From assembly GCA_048571215.1 (NCBI GenBank), contig CP182352.1, positions 1,024,001-1,088,000 on the forward strand: 64,000 nucleotides of DNA, written 5' to 3'. Position numbers and translations under genes: made by a program. The stretch's first letter is position 1. Each line of letters starts with the position of its first letter. Under the pieces are notes generated by a model. It made no database searches and was not told where the DNA came from. It saw only the letters and a list, made by a program, of their open reading frames with translations. The stretch comes from Halarcobacter sp. (GTDB taxonomy: Bacteria > Campylobacterota > Campylobacteria > Campylobacterales > Arcobacteraceae). Shown in pieces: positions 18,326-28,644 of the stretch.

Positions 18326-20628
18326 TGCAAAAAAAACAAAACAATCAAGAAGAAAAACTATTTAATCTATCTGGAGTTATTAAAAAAGTTCTTTATACAA
18401 ATGAAGAAACTAAATATACAATTGCAGTTTTAGAAAACAATCAAAAAATATGTGGAACATACTTTGATACTGACATAGAGAAAATTGTTGGTGAAGAGAT
18501 TATCTTAACAGGTAATTGGATTACCCATAAAAAATATGGAGTACAGTTTGAGTTTCAAACTCTAGAACTAAAAGAAGCAGAACTATTTTTCTTTTTAACA
18601 AAGATTGTAAAAGGTGTTGGGAAAAAGTTTGCCCATGAATTACTTGAAAAATATGATGAAGATGAATTGGTTGAGATACTCAATGAAAACCCAAATGAAC
18701 TTTTAAATTTCAAAGGAATAAAAGAGAAAAAACTGCAAAAAATAGTTAGTTCTTGGCAAAAGTTCAAACACTTAAGGGAGTTAGGAAGTTTTTTATCAAA
18801 ATTTGGTGTAACTTCAAACCTTATTAATAAAATCTATTCAAATTTTAGTGAGGTTGATAATCTAATTGAAAAGATAAAAACAAACCCTTATATGTTAATC
18901 AATATAAAAGGTATAGGTTTTAAAAGGGCAGATGAGATTGCTAAGTCTTTAGGCATTGACCCAAAATCGGAGTTTAGAATCAATGCTTGTATAGATTATA
19001 CTTTAAGGGAGTTTTGTGATAACAATGGAAACTCTTCAATTGATAAATCCCATTTATATAAACTTTTAGATGAGGCATTAAATTTTTCAAATGAAGATAT
19101 TTTATATGAAACTTGCGTAACTAAAATGTTAGCTCAAGAGGATATTTTTCAAACCTCTCAATATAGACTTTCTCCTGCTATGCTGTATTTTGCAGAAAGA
19201 AGAGTATTGGAGTTCTTTCAAAGAAGGGAAAATGAACTTAATCCTAAAATCATATCTTCATTTGATAGCTATGTTGAAAAAAAAGAGCAAACCCTTGGGT
19301 TTAAACTAAATGATGAGCAAAAAAAAGCGGTAGAGCTTATAAATGGTGGACATAAAACACTTTTTTTGATTGGATATGCAGGAACTGGTAAATCCACATC
19401 AAGTAGGGCGATATTGGAGCTTCTTGAAGAGATAGTTGCTTTTGATGATATTATAACCATAGCCCTAAGTGGAATAGCAAGTCAAAGGATTTCTGATACT
19501 ACTGGATATAATAGCTCTACAATTCAATCATTATTTGTAAAACATGAGGATAAAGAGTTCTTCCCCCATAAGGTGATACTTTTAGATGAAGCTTCAATGG
19601 TAAACTCTGTAATGTTTTATAATCTAACAAAAAAGATAAATGATGACACTGTTTTTATTGTTGTAGGTGATGATGGACAACTTCCTGCAATTGGGGCTGG
19701 AAATATCTTAGCAGATGCAATAAAACACAACTTGGCTCCTATTTGTAAATTAGAAAAAATCTATAGACAAAGTAGCGATCAAGCAATCGCAGTGATTGCA
19801 AATGATATTAGACAAGGTGTTGTTCCTGAGTATAATGGAGAATATAAAGATTTCAAATTTATTGATGTATCTCAAAATAATTATTATGCAGTAAAAAACT
19901 CCTCTTCTAAAAGTGAGTTTTCTAATTTAAGAACACAAATAAGTGAAAATATACTTAACACAATTTTAAATATCTCTTCCCATTATATACAAGATTATTA
20001 CGATTTTATAAAAGATAAAAAGATATCAAAGGCTTTAACTTTATTTCAAGTGATAACTCCTATGAAAGCTGGAATTTTAGGTGTTGAAAACCTAAATATG
20101 CAACTTCAAATACTTTTTAACCATGTCAAAGCAAAATCACATAAAACAAAACTTTATGAGTATAAAGTAAGTGATAAAGTTATACATATAAAAAATGAAA
20201 ATATGAAAGCACAAACAATGAAGATGTATAAAACAGCTTCAAGTGAATATATTGAAAAACGGGTTTTTAATGGACAACTTGGGCTAATAATAAAACTTGA
20301 TTTTGAAGAGAATCAATGTATAGTTTTATATCCAACTGATGATATGGTTGTGTTTTATGATTTTGATGATTTAAGTTCACTTCTTAGTCTTGCATATTGT
20401 TTAACCATACATAAAACCCAAGGTATGGAGTATGAAAATGCACTTATACCTATGAGTTTTTCCCATTATATCATGCATAATACAAAGCTTTTATATACAG
20501 CAATCACAAGAGCAAAAAGTATGTGTTTTATTGTGGGAGAGGAAGAAGCTTTTAAAAGTGCTTGTAAAAGAATTGAGACAACTAGAAGAGAATCTGTAAT
20601 AAATGATTTATTATCTAAAACAAATTAG
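18325..20628 (+). CDS. recD2: ATP-dependent RecD2-like DNA helicase
   Basis: N-terminal HKKYGVQF and HhH repeats; GYAGTGKS, DEASMV, GDDGQLPAIGAG, TIHKTQGMEY, LYTAITRA. Confidence 0.92.
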   Translation: MQKKQNNQEEKLFNLSGVIKKVLYTNEETKYTIAVLENNQKICGTYFDTDIEKIVGEEIILTGNWITHKKYGVQFEFQTLELKEAELFFFLTKIVKGVGKKFAHELLEKYDEDELVEILNENPNELLNFKGIKEKKLQKIVSSWQKFKHLRELGSFLSKFGVTSNLINKIYSNFSEVDNLIEKIKTNPYMLINIKGIGFKRADEIAKSLGIDPKSEFRINACIDYTLREFCDNNGNSSIDKSHLYKLLDEALNFSNEDILYETCVTKMLAQEDIFQTSQYRLSPAMLYFAERRVLEFFQRRENELNPKIISSFDSYVEKKEQTLGFKLNDEQKKAVELINGGHKTLFLIGYAGTGKSTSSRAILELLEEIVAFDDIITIALSGIASQRISDTTGYNSSTIQSLFVKHEDKEFFPHKVILLDEASMVNSVMFYNLTKKINDDTVFIVVGDDGQLPAIGAGNILADAIKHNLAPICKLEKIYRQSSDQAIAVIANDIRQGVVPEYNGEYKDFKFIDVSQNNYYAVKNSSSKSEFSNLRTQISENILNTILNISSHYIQDYYDFIKDKKISKALTLFQVITPMKAGILGVENLNMQLQILFNHVKAKSHKTKLYEYKVSDKVIHIKNENMKAQTMKMYKTASSEYIEKRVFNGQLGLIIKLDFEENQCIVLYPTDDMVVFYDFDDLSSLLSLAYCLTIHKTQGMEYENALIPMSFSHYIMHNTKLLYTAITRAKSMCFIVGEEEAFKSACKRIETTRRESVINDLLSKTN

Positions 20629-20695
20629 TTAACTTTTACCTATTTAAAAGTAACTTTTAAGTAATATATCTAAAATTTTAAAAAGGTAATATTTA

Positions 20696-22156
20696 ATGAT
20701 AACTTGGATGCAAAGACACAAAAAATGGCTTGTAATAACTATTTGGGTAAGTACTATCGCGTTTGTCGGAGCAGGATTTGTTGGCTGGGGGTCTTATGAT
20801 TATGGTTCAAAAAGTGGTGCAGTAGCTGTTGTTGGAGATAGAAAGATATCTGTTGAAGAGTATCAAAGAGAGTATTCATCTTTATATGATCAATACGCAA
20901 AAATGTTTGGTGCACAGTTTAACAAAGAGTTAGCAGATAAGTTAAATCTTAAAAAAGCGGCATACGACCTTGCAATACAAAAAAATCTTATCTTATCTTA
21001 TGGTGATGAGTTAGGTTTAGATGTTACAGATGAAGAGATTGCAAAACAATTAGTAAAATATGAAGCTTTTAAAAAAGATGGCAAATTTGATAAAGATACA
21101 TATATAAAAGTATTAAGACAGAATAGAACAACTCCTAAAGAGTTTGAAGCTTCTCTAAGAAGAGATCTTTTATTACAAAAAATTGAATCAATATTTAAAA
21201 TCGAAGTAAGTAAAAATGAGCTTAAAAACTTAAATAAATTGCTATTTTCAGAAGATGAATTATCTATAAAAATTTTAGATGCAAATAGTTTTTCTGTAGA
21301 TATAAAAGATAAAGATTTAAAAAACTATTGGGAAACAAATAAAGATAATTATAAATCAAAACCATCAATTCAGCTAGATATAGATGAATTAGCTATCTCT
21401 AATAATACATATACTCAAGAAGAGATTGCAGAATATTACAAAAACTTTAGAACAGATTTCAAAAAAGATGATGGTAAGATAAAATCTTTAGATGAAGCAA
21501 AAGAAGATATTATAAGAGTTTTAAATGCAAAAGATAGTAAAAAAATGGCACTTAAAAAGTATCTAAAACTTAAAAAAGGTGAAGAAAAATTTTCAAGCTC
21601 TAAAAAATATCTTGAAGAGAATTTACCATACTCTGTGGAAAACAATAAAGAGATTTTATCTCAAGTTCCAGGAGATGTTCTAAAACCATTTTTAGAAGGT
21701 GATAAATATATCATTGTAAAAATTTTAAATAAAACTTTACCAAAAACTTTATCATTTGAAGATGCAAAGGCTATGGTTTTAAAAGATTATGAGAAAGTTG
21801 CAAAGTCTCTAAAAGTTGAGCAAGAGGCTACTAATATGTTAAAAGATTTTAAAGGACAAGATATAGGTTATGTGTCAAGAAACTCGTTTAACAAGATTCC
21901 AGGGCTTAACAAAGATGAAGCCTTGTCATTTTTAAATAAACTTTTTGCAAAAACAGAAAAAAAAGGTAAAATAACAATTGGAGATAAAGTAGTTTTATAT
22001 AAAATTGATAATGCAAAACTAGCTTCATATGACCCAAAGAAAGATGAAGCTGTAAAAACTACAATGAATAATCTATTAAATCAAGAACTTATGAATAATT
22101 TTATAAAAAGTTTAGAAAAAAGATATGAAGTTCAATCTACAGAATTTAAGGAGTAA
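20696..22156 (+). CDS. PpiD/SurA-N family periplasmic chaperone / peptidylprolyl isomerase
   Basis: MITWMQRHKK, TM anchor and SurA N-terminal domain; position upstream of ftsA-ftsZ. Confidence 0.85.
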   Translation: MITWMQRHKKWLVITIWVSTIAFVGAGFVGWGSYDYGSKSGAVAVVGDRKISVEEYQREYSSLYDQYAKMFGAQFNKELADKLNLKKAAYDLAIQKNLILSYGDELGLDVTDEEIAKQLVKYEAFKKDGKFDKDTYIKVLRQNRTTPKEFEASLRRDLLLQKIESIFKIEVSKNELKNLNKLLFSEDELSIKILDANSFSVDIKDKDLKNYWETNKDNYKSKPSIQLDIDELAISNNTYTQEEIAEYYKNFRTDFKKDDGKIKSLDEAKEDIIRVLNAKDSKKMALKKYLKLKKGEEKFSSSKKYLEENLPYSVENNKEILSQVPGDVLKPFLEGDKYIIVKILNKTLPKTLSFEDAKAMVLKDYEKVAKSLKVEQEATNMLKDFKGQDIGYVSRNSFNKIPGLNKDEALSFLNKLFAKTEKKGKITIGDKVVLYKIDNAKLASYDPKKDEAVKTTMNNLLNQELMNNFIKSLEKRYEVQSTEFKE

Positions 22157-22159
22157 TAC

Positions 22160-23554
22160 TTGAATAAAACTCTCTTAGCTATTGATATTGGTTCGTCAAG
22201 TATAACAGCAGTTATTGCAAGGAATAATTTAGAATATAAAATCAATATTTTAGGAACGGGTACATCAAAAAGTAAAGGGATTAATAAAGGTGTGATTTCA
22301 AATATTGAAGTTGCATCAAAATGTATAAGGGAAGCAGTTTCAATTGCAAAGAAAAATACAACTGAAGCAATAGATTCAACTGTTGTATCTATCTCTGGAG
22401 CTTATACAAAAGGTGTTAGAAGTGCTGGTAGTGTAAATATACCAAACGGACTTATCACAGAAAGTGAGATAAATCAAGTTCTTCAAATGGCACTTTATAA
22501 TGCGACTATTATCCCAGAATATGAAGTTATACATGTAATTCCATTATCATTTAAGATAGATGACTCTGCTGATGTTGAAAATCCATTAAATATGAATGGT
22601 TCTAGACTTGAAGCTTCTGTTTTTATAGTTACTGCTAAAAAAACAGCTCTTACAAATATCAAGTCTGCTTTTAAAATGGCAAATTTAGGTGTAAACAACT
22701 TTGTTTTAGATGCTTATGCTTCTGCAATTTCAATATTAGACGAGCAACAAAGAAATTTTGGTGCAACTGTTATAAATATAGGTGATACTACAACTGAATA
22801 TGCATGTTATAAAGGAAACTCTCTTATTTATAATGGTTTTGTTCCTGTGGGATCCCATCATATTACAAATGACTTATCTGTTATGTTACATACCCCTCCA
22901 ATTGCAGCAGAAAAAATAAAAACAGAGTATGGGGATTTACTTAAATCCTCTGAAGAATTAGTAAATAAAAAAGTTAGAACTCCAAGAATAGGTGATGAAA
23001 AGAACTCTTCTGAAGTATCATTAGAACATATCCAAACAATTATTCATGCAAGAATTGAAGAGACTTTGATTTTAGTTAGAAATAGTCTCAAAAAAAGTGG
23101 TATTCATGAAAATTTAGGTGCAGGGATTGTTATTACTGGTGGTACGGCTAAATTAGTAGGGATAAAAGAGTTAGCAACTTTAATTTTTGATAATCTACCT
23201 GTTAAAATCTCTACACCAATAAATATTAAAAATGGTTATATGAGTTTTGAAGATGAGAAGATGGCAACAATTGTTGGTTTACTTCTTTATTCATTAGAAA
23301 CAAATAGAAATTTTGAATTAGATTCAAATAAAAATCTAATTATGAAAATAAAAATGGAAGAGAATAATGTTGCAAATGAAGAGTTTATCTCTAATGAGCA
23401 GGTAAAGCCTAAAAATATTCAAAAAGAACAAAAACAAAGATCTCAAGAAGAGTTTAAGGGTAATACAAATACTACAATTTTACCTACTATATCAAAAGAT
23501 AAAAAAGGTAAAGGAGTATCAAGAATCTGGAATATGATCACGGAGTGGTTTTGA
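22160..23554 (+). CDS. ftsA: Cell division protein FtsA
   Basis: AIDIGSS, GSHHITNDL, IIHARIEE, GIVITGG; C-terminal amphipathic helix. Confidence 0.96.
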   Translation: MNKTLLAIDIGSSSITAVIARNNLEYKINILGTGTSKSKGINKGVISNIEVASKCIREAVSIAKKNTTEAIDSTVVSISGAYTKGVRSAGSVNIPNGLITESEINQVLQMALYNATIIPEYEVIHVIPLSFKIDDSADVENPLNMNGSRLEASVFIVTAKKTALTNIKSAFKMANLGVNNFVLDAYASAISILDEQQRNFGATVINIGDTTTEYACYKGNSLIYNGFVPVGSHHITNDLSVMLHTPPIAAEKIKTEYGDLLKSSEELVNKKVRTPRIGDEKNSSEVSLEHIQTIIHARIEETLILVRNSLKKSGIHENLGAGIVITGGTAKLVGIKELATLIFDNLPVKISTPINIKNGYMSFEDEKMATIVGLLLYSLETNRNFELDSNKNLIMKIKMEENNVANEEFISNEQVKPKNIQKEQKQRSQEEFKGNTNTTILPTISKDKKGKGVSRIWNMITEWF

Positions 23555-24693
23555 TGAATGATAATTTATTTAAGGTGGATGATATAAAAGTGGAAATGCC
23601 AAATCAAACGTTGTCAGATAATGTAGCTAAAATTGCAGTAATTGGAGTTGGAGGTGGTGGTTGTAATATGGTCAATCATATGATAAATGAGGGAACTCAT
23701 AAGATTGACTTAATATCAGCAAATACTGATATGCAAGTATTACACATCTCAAAAGCTCCTAAAAAAATCCAACTGGGAATCAAGCTTACAAAAGGTTTAG
23801 GTGCTGGAATGAAGCCAGAAATTGGTAGAGATTCAGCAGTTGAAAGTTATGAAGATATTAAAAATTCACTAAAGGGTGCAGATATTGTATTTATTGCAGC
23901 TGGTCTTGGTGGAGGTACAGGGACTGGAGCTGCTGCAATTATTGCTAAAGCAGCAAAAGAGATAGGTGCTCTTACTGTATCAGTTGTGACTAAACCTTTT
24001 TCTTGGGAAGGTAAAAAAAGAGCAGGGCTTGCAAATCTTGGTTTAGAAGAGATTAAAAAAGTTAGTGACTCTATTATTGTAATCCCAAATGATAGATTAT
24101 TAGAGATAATTGATGAAAATGTAGGTATGAAAGATGCCTTTAAAATCATAGATAATATTCTTTATCAAGCTGTAAATGGTATGAGTGAAGTTATCCTAAA
24201 TCCAGGAAACTCTGATATCAATACTGACTTTGCTGATGTTAAAACTATTATGCAACACAAAGGTATGGCATTGATGGGTATTGGTAAAGCAAAAGGTGAG
24301 AATGCTGCCCAAAGAGCTTTAGAAAATGCTATTGATTCACCACTTTTAGATAAGGTATCACTAGGTGGAGCAAAAGGTATTTTAATCCACTTTAATATCC
24401 ATCCACAAGTATCATTATTTGCAATCAATGATGTTATGTCTAGAATTCATGAAACAATTGATTCAAATGCTGAGATTATTTTTGGTACCACTTCTGATAA
24501 TACTTTAGAAACAGATGAAGTTAAGATAACTATTGTAGCAACTGGTTTTGAGTCTAAAAATATCTCTTCTGAAGTTGAAACAAAAGAAAATGATGAGGAA
24601 AATTCTCAAAAAGTATCAATGGATGATGAAAACTATTTAGATATTCCACCACTTATGAGAGATTATAAAGTACAATATCAAATCGAACAATAA
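23554..24693 (+). CDS. ftsZ: Cell division protein FtsZ
   Basis: GVGGGGCN, GLGGGTGTG, INTDFADV and C-terminal LDIPPLMR. Start ATG 23554. Confidence 0.98.
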   Translation: MNDNLFKVDDIKVEMPNQTLSDNVAKIAVIGVGGGGCNMVNHMINEGTHKIDLISANTDMQVLHISKAPKKIQLGIKLTKGLGAGMKPEIGRDSAVESYEDIKNSLKGADIVFIAAGLGGGTGTGAAAIIAKAAKEIGALTVSVVTKPFSWEGKKRAGLANLGLEEIKKVSDSIIVIPNDRLLEIIDENVGMKDAFKIIDNILYQAVNGMSEVILNPGNSDINTDFADVKTIMQHKGMALMGIGKAKGENAAQRALENAIDSPLLDKVSLGGAKGILIHFNIHPQVSLFAINDVMSRIHETIDSNAEIIFGTTSDNTLETDEVKITIVATGFESKNISSEVETKENDEENSQKVSMDDENYLDIPPLMRDYKVQYQIEQ

Positions 24694-24718
24694 AATCTAA
24701 CATTATGTTAGATTTTAT
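24690..24718. terminator. Bidirectional terminator-like palindrome between ftsZ and hspR
   Basis: ATAAAATCTAACAT-T-ATGTTAGATTTTAT between convergent stop codons. Confidence 0.7.
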
Positions 24719-24721
24719 AAA

Positions 24722-25102
24722 TTATTCTTCAAAAATAACTATATCGTAAGAACTTTTTTTAATAACCAAAGCTTTTGAGTTTGGAACAAGTCCAAATTTA
24801 TTTACATCTTTTAATTTAGATTTATAAGATTTTATCTCATCTTCTAAATTGCTAATCTTATCATTTAACTGTAAAATCAAATCAACACCTGCTAGATTGA
24901 TGCCTAACTCTCTTGTTAAAGTTAATACATATTTGATATGGTCTATATCTTTTTGTGAATAGAGTCTTATCTTTCCATTTGTTCGAGAGGGTTTTATAAG
25001 CCCCTCCCTTTCATATTGTCTTAAAGTCTGTGGATGAATACTAAGTATCTCTGCAACAGCTGAAATAAGGTAAACAGGTTCATTGTATGCATTTGAATCC
25101 AT
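24722..25102 (-). CDS. hspR: Heat-shock repressor HspR (MerR family)
   Basis: EPVYLISAVAEILSIHPQTLRQYEREGL; downstream of cbpA. Confidence 0.94.
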   Translation of the reverse strand: MDSNAYNEPVYLISAVAEILSIHPQTLRQYEREGLIKPSRTNGKIRLYSQKDIDHIKYVLTLTRELGINLAGVDLILQLNDKISNLEDEIKSYKSKLKDVNKFGLVPNSKALVIKKSSYDIVIFEE

Positions 25103-25112
25103 AAAATCTCCT

Positions 25113-25988
25113 TTAGATTGTATCAGGCAGTTTTTCTTCTAACATAGATTTAAAATCTTCATCTAAATCATCAAGTTTTGGCAATACAATATTTGCTTTC
25201 AAATATAAATCACCTTTTTGCGAAGTAGTTCTATTTAAAGCTCCAAGCTCTTTTACTCTAAATCTTTGATATTGTTTTGTATTTTGAGGAACTTTTAAAG
25301 TTATGGTTTTATAGATTGTTTTTATCTCAACTTTTCCACCAAATAGGGCAGTTTTCAAAGGTATATCAAATATTTTTGTTAGGGTATCTCCCTCCCTTGT
25401 GTACTCGGGACTAGATGCAACATTAATTTTTATAATCAAATCTCCACGTCTTCCTTGATATGCTTTACCTTTCCCTTTCGCTCTAATTTTTTGACCATCT
25501 TTTATACCTTCAGGTATTTTTATATCAAAAGAATCACCATTTAGCGAGATATGTTGTTTACCTCCTAAAATTGATACATCAAATGCTATGGTAATCTGAG
25601 CTTGTGTATCAAGATCTGGTTCATTAAATCCTCCATTAAAGCCATTGAAACCAGAAGAAGATGAAAAACCACTACCTCCAAATCCACCTTGACCAAACAT
25701 TTGTCTTAAAATATCATCTAAGTCTACTCCTGAACCTTGACCTCTTGCAAAATCATGGAAGTTTTGACCACCAAACATTGAATCACCAAACTGATCATAT
25801 TGCTGTTTTTTCTCTGGGTCTGATAAAACCTCATAGGCAGCATTTATCTCTTTAAATTTATCTTCTGCCCCAGCATCTTTATTTACGTCTGGGTGATATT
25901 TTCTTGCTAATTTTCTATAAGCTTTTTTTATCTCGTCAGCGCTAGCTCCTTCGCTAACCTCTAATGTTTCATATAAACTTTTTGCCAT
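25113..25988 (-). CDS. cbpA: DnaJ-family co-chaperone CbpA
   Basis: J-domain HPD, G/F-rich region, no zinc finger; cbpA-hspR operon. Confidence 0.92.
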   Translation of the reverse strand: MAKSLYETLEVSEGASADEIKKAYRKLARKYHPDVNKDAGAEDKFKEINAAYEVLSDPEKKQQYDQFGDSMFGGQNFHDFARGQGSGVDLDDILRQMFGQGGFGGSGFSSSSGFNGFNGGFNEPDLDTQAQITIAFDVSILGGKQHISLNGDSFDIKIPEGIKDGQKIRAKGKGKAYQGRRGDLIIKINVASSPEYTREGDTLTKIFDIPLKTALFGGKVEIKTIYKTITLKVPQNTKQYQRFRVKELGALNRTTSQKGDLYLKANIVLPKLDDLDEDFKSMLEEKLPDTI

Positions 25989-26036
25989 TTTTTATCCTAT
26001 AATATATTCTAATTTCAATAAATATTTTACCATAAA

Positions 26037-26057
26037 CTTGAGTCAATGTCAATCAAG
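26037..26057. promoter_or_regulatory. HAIR operator (HspR site) upstream of cbpA-hspR
   Basis: CTTGAGT-N7-AATCAAG, one mismatch to CTTGAGT-N7-ACTCAAG; flanks ATAAA/TTTAT extend the symmetry. Confidence 0.85.
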
Positions 26058-26100
26058 TTTATAATAATTTTTAGCACATATAAAAATATGTGTAGTTTTA

Positions 26101-26121
26101 ATTGAGTCATTAAGACTAAGA
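26101..26121. promoter_or_regulatory. Second, weaker HAIR-like site
   Basis: ATTGAGT-N7-ACTAAGA. Confidence 0.55.
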
Positions 26122-26172
26122 GAATTAAATCCATTTTAACTACTTTTAATCAATATTTTGCAATTATTCCTT

Positions 26173-26499
26173 ATGTTTAATAAAGATGAATGGACTCAGC
26201 AAGAGTTATACAAAAATATAAAAGAGCTTCAAAAAGAAGATATAAAAGTAGTATTAGTAGATACTATATTAAAACCTATAGATAATATTGAAACAATCAC
26301 TTATAATCCTTATGAGTTAGAAAAAATGCCAAAGGGCTCAGTGTTTGTGTTTTATTGTGATACTGGCAAAACTACAAAAGAGCGATTAAATTATTATAAA
26401 AAGAGATTTCCAAATCATAAATGTGTAAGTTTGAGAGGTGGAAGAGGTTATTGGAGACCAAATTATCAACTTCAAGATGAGATAAAAAATGATCTCTAA
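26173..26499 (+). CDS. Rhodanese-like single-domain protein
   Basis: VFYCDTGK active-site-like loop and SLRGG; probable start ATG 26173. Confidence 0.6.
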   Translation: MFNKDEWTQQELYKNIKELQKEDIKVVLVDTILKPIDNIETITYNPYELEKMPKGSVFVFYCDTGKTTKERLNYYKKRFPNHKCVSLRGGRGYWRPNYQLQDEIKNDL

Positions 26500-27664
26500 A
26501 GAGTATGATTATGTGATAATAGGTGCCGGAATTGCAGGATGTAGTGTTGCACACTTTTTAACAAAATATTCAAACTCAATACTTCTAATAGATAGAAACT
26601 GTGATATAGCACAAGGTGCAAGTGGTGCAGCAGGAGCTTTTTTATCTCCACTTTTAGGAAAACCAAATAAATTTAAAGATTTAGTTACAACTTCTCTTAA
26701 ATTCTCAACAAAACTATATAAAGAATATATCTTTGAACATATAACAAACTGTGGGGTTGTTAGAATTCCTAAAAATAAAGAAGATAGAGTTAAATTTGAA
26801 AATTATAAACCTTATATGGATTTTGAGTTTAAGCAAGAGGGTGAAGGGTATTTTTTTGAGATAGGTTCTCAAGTAAATTCATATGATATATGTAAGTATT
26901 TATCAAAAGATGTAGAAAAAAGCTTAAAGTATGAGGTGAAAAAACTAGAAAAAATAGATAATACTTGGCAAATCAATGGTGAAATCAATGCTAAAAATAT
27001 TATTTTAACTACTGGGGCTGATATTAGCTTGATAAATGAGAAGTATTTTAATATACGAGCAGTTTGGGGAGAAAAGATTGATATAAAATCTTCTACAAAT
27101 ACTAAAGTTAACTACCACAAAGAGTGTTCTTTGTCGCATAGTAGATATGATGAAAAAGAGAATATAAACTATTTATCTATAGGTGCAACTCACAATAGAA
27201 TAGATTGTAATTTCAGCATTTGTAATCATTGTTATAAAAAATTAAAACTAAGCGAGCAAGGTTTTGATACATATAATAAAGAGTTGATAAATAGTGATAC
27301 AAATAAACTTTTAAAATTAGCCAATGATATAAAAAAATTAGATGATGTAGAAGTTATTGATATAAAAATTGGAGCTAGAGCTTCAAGTGTTGATTATTTT
27401 CCAATGGTTGGCAAATTAGTAGACTCACAAAAAACTTTACAAGAGTTTCCTCATCTAGTAAATGGTTCTTTTATAAAAGATAAGATGTTAAGTGAAACTG
27501 ATAATTTATATGTTTTGAATGGAGTAGGGGGTAGAGGTTATGTTTTATCACCTTATTTGGCATATAATCTAGTAGAAAATATAATTAATAAAAAACCACT
27601 GCAAGAAGATATTATAAGTCATAGACTCTTTAAAAGATGGGTTAAAAGAGTTAAAAATACCTAA
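26489..27664 (+). CDS. FAD-dependent oxidoreductase, MnmC oxidase-domain-like
   Basis: IIGAGIAG, AQGASGAAG, RASSVDYFPMVG, GVGGRG; no methyltransferase domain. Confidence 0.8.
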   Translation: MISKEYDYVIIGAGIAGCSVAHFLTKYSNSILLIDRNCDIAQGASGAAGAFLSPLLGKPNKFKDLVTTSLKFSTKLYKEYIFEHITNCGVVRIPKNKEDRVKFENYKPYMDFEFKQEGEGYFFEIGSQVNSYDICKYLSKDVEKSLKYEVKKLEKIDNTWQINGEINAKNIILTTGADISLINEKYFNIRAVWGEKIDIKSSTNTKVNYHKECSLSHSRYDEKENINYLSIGATHNRIDCNFSICNHCYKKLKLSEQGFDTYNKELINSDTNKLLKLANDIKKLDDVEVIDIKIGARASSVDYFPMVGKLVDSQKTLQEFPHLVNGSFIKDKMLSETDNLYVLNGVGGRGYVLSPYLAYNLVENIINKKPLQEDIISHRLFKRWVKRVKNT

Positions 27665-27684
27665 AATTTAAAAATAATATTTAT

Positions 27685-27702
27685 TGAGACAAAATTGAGA
27701 CA
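27685..27702 (+). promoter_or_regulatory. Tandem direct-repeat box TGAGACA-N4-TGAGACA (11-bp period)
   Basis: ATTGAGACAAA x2 at 27683-27704; the same box recurs at 28645-28662. Confidence 0.7.
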
Positions 27703-27746
27703 AAAAAATGATACCATTTCTGTATATCAATTATATGGAGGATGGT

Positions 27747-27905
27747 ATGTTAAATTTAGATTTTATATTAAACGTTATACTTTTTAGTACTATTGGTATG
27801 ATAATCATTGAAGTTGGAATCCTTATTTATAAAAAAATAAAAAGTAAAAAACAAAATAGTTTAAAAAATGAAAAAAGAGATAAAAAAGAGATATTTTTTA
27901 TCTAA
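27747..27905 (+). CDS. Small single-TM protein (52 aa)
   Basis: GGAGG RBS before ATG 27747; hydrophobic N-terminus and lysine-rich tail. Confidence 0.6.
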   Translation: MLNLDFILNVILFSTIGMIIIEVGILIYKKIKSKKQNSLKNEKRDKKEIFFI

Positions 27906-27971
27906 AAGAGACTATTTAGAAACCTTATTAAGATAATATACATCTGAATTTTATTAAAAGGTTTTTTGTTT

Positions 27972-28136
27972 TTGAAGTTTATTTTAAAAGATTATAAATA
28001 TTTATTTAGTGTAATTTTAATATTGTTTTTAATTTATATTAATATTATTCTCGATTGGTTTTGGATAGTAACTTTATTTATTTCAACATCTATATTGATT
28101 TACTTATATATTATAGATATAAAAAAAGAGGAATAA
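27972..28136 (+). CDS. Putative 54-aa two-TM protein (not in ORF track)
   Basis: AAGG then TTG; MKFILKDYKYLFSVILILFLIYINIILDWFWIVTLFISTSILIYLYIIDIKKEE*. Confidence 0.5.
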   Translation: MKFILKDYKYLFSVILILFLIYINIILDWFWIVTLFISTSILIYLYIIDIKKEE

Positions 28137-28150
28137 GCTTTCCCCTTTTT
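28121..28150. terminator. Bidirectional terminator-like hairpin
   Basis: AAAAAAAGAGGAA-TAAGCT-TTCCCCTTTTT between convergent ORFs. Confidence 0.6.
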
Positions 28151-28171
28151 ATTATAAACAGGATTTAGATA

Positions 28172-28597
28172 TTAGAATCCTGCTGAATAACCTCTACTAG
28201 AGTGGCTTTTAATTAATCCATAATAAGTTTTGTCTCTTATTTGTTTAATCATATTTCTTAATGTGAAAATTGATGTATTTTTATCTTTCCATGCTGCTTT
28301 TTTAATAGTCTCAACCTCTACTATTGTATCTCTACTTTTTAATAAAGTATTGAAAATATTCATTTGAGTTTTAGTTAAACCTACATCTACATTTTTTCTA
28401 TCAAATACTTTTTTTAACACTTTATCATAGTAAAAACCTTTACCTAAATCAATTCTACTATCAATTTGTTGATTAAGTATCTCTTTTAAAGTATCTTCAA
28501 TATTTAAATCAAACTCTTTTGATTTACTTTTTAGAAATCTTTCCATGTCTTTTGTTAAGTCAATAGTTACATTGTTACTCATAATCTTGTTCCTCAT
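28172..28597 (-). CDS. OmpR/PhoB-type winged-helix DNA-binding protein without receiver domain
   Basis: LTKTQMNIFNTLLKSRDTIV...AW...TLRNMIKQIRDK...IKSHSSRGY; short N-terminal beta-helix-helix segment. Confidence 0.85.
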   Translation of the reverse strand: MRNKIMSNNVTIDLTKDMERFLKSKSKEFDLNIEDTLKEILNQQIDSRIDLGKGFYYDKVLKKVFDRKNVDVGLTKTQMNIFNTLLKSRDTIVEVETIKKAAWKDKNTSIFTLRNMIKQIRDKTYYGLIKSHSSRGYSAGF

Positions 28598-28644
28598 TTT
28601 TTATTGTGATTATAACATAATCTATTATAAAGAAAACCTTAAAT

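Noticed and set aside
26071..26097. CIRCE-like TTAGCAC half-site
   Set aside because: The right arm does not match GAGTGCTAA at N9 spacing; only a CACATAT-N4-ATATGTG palindrome is present.
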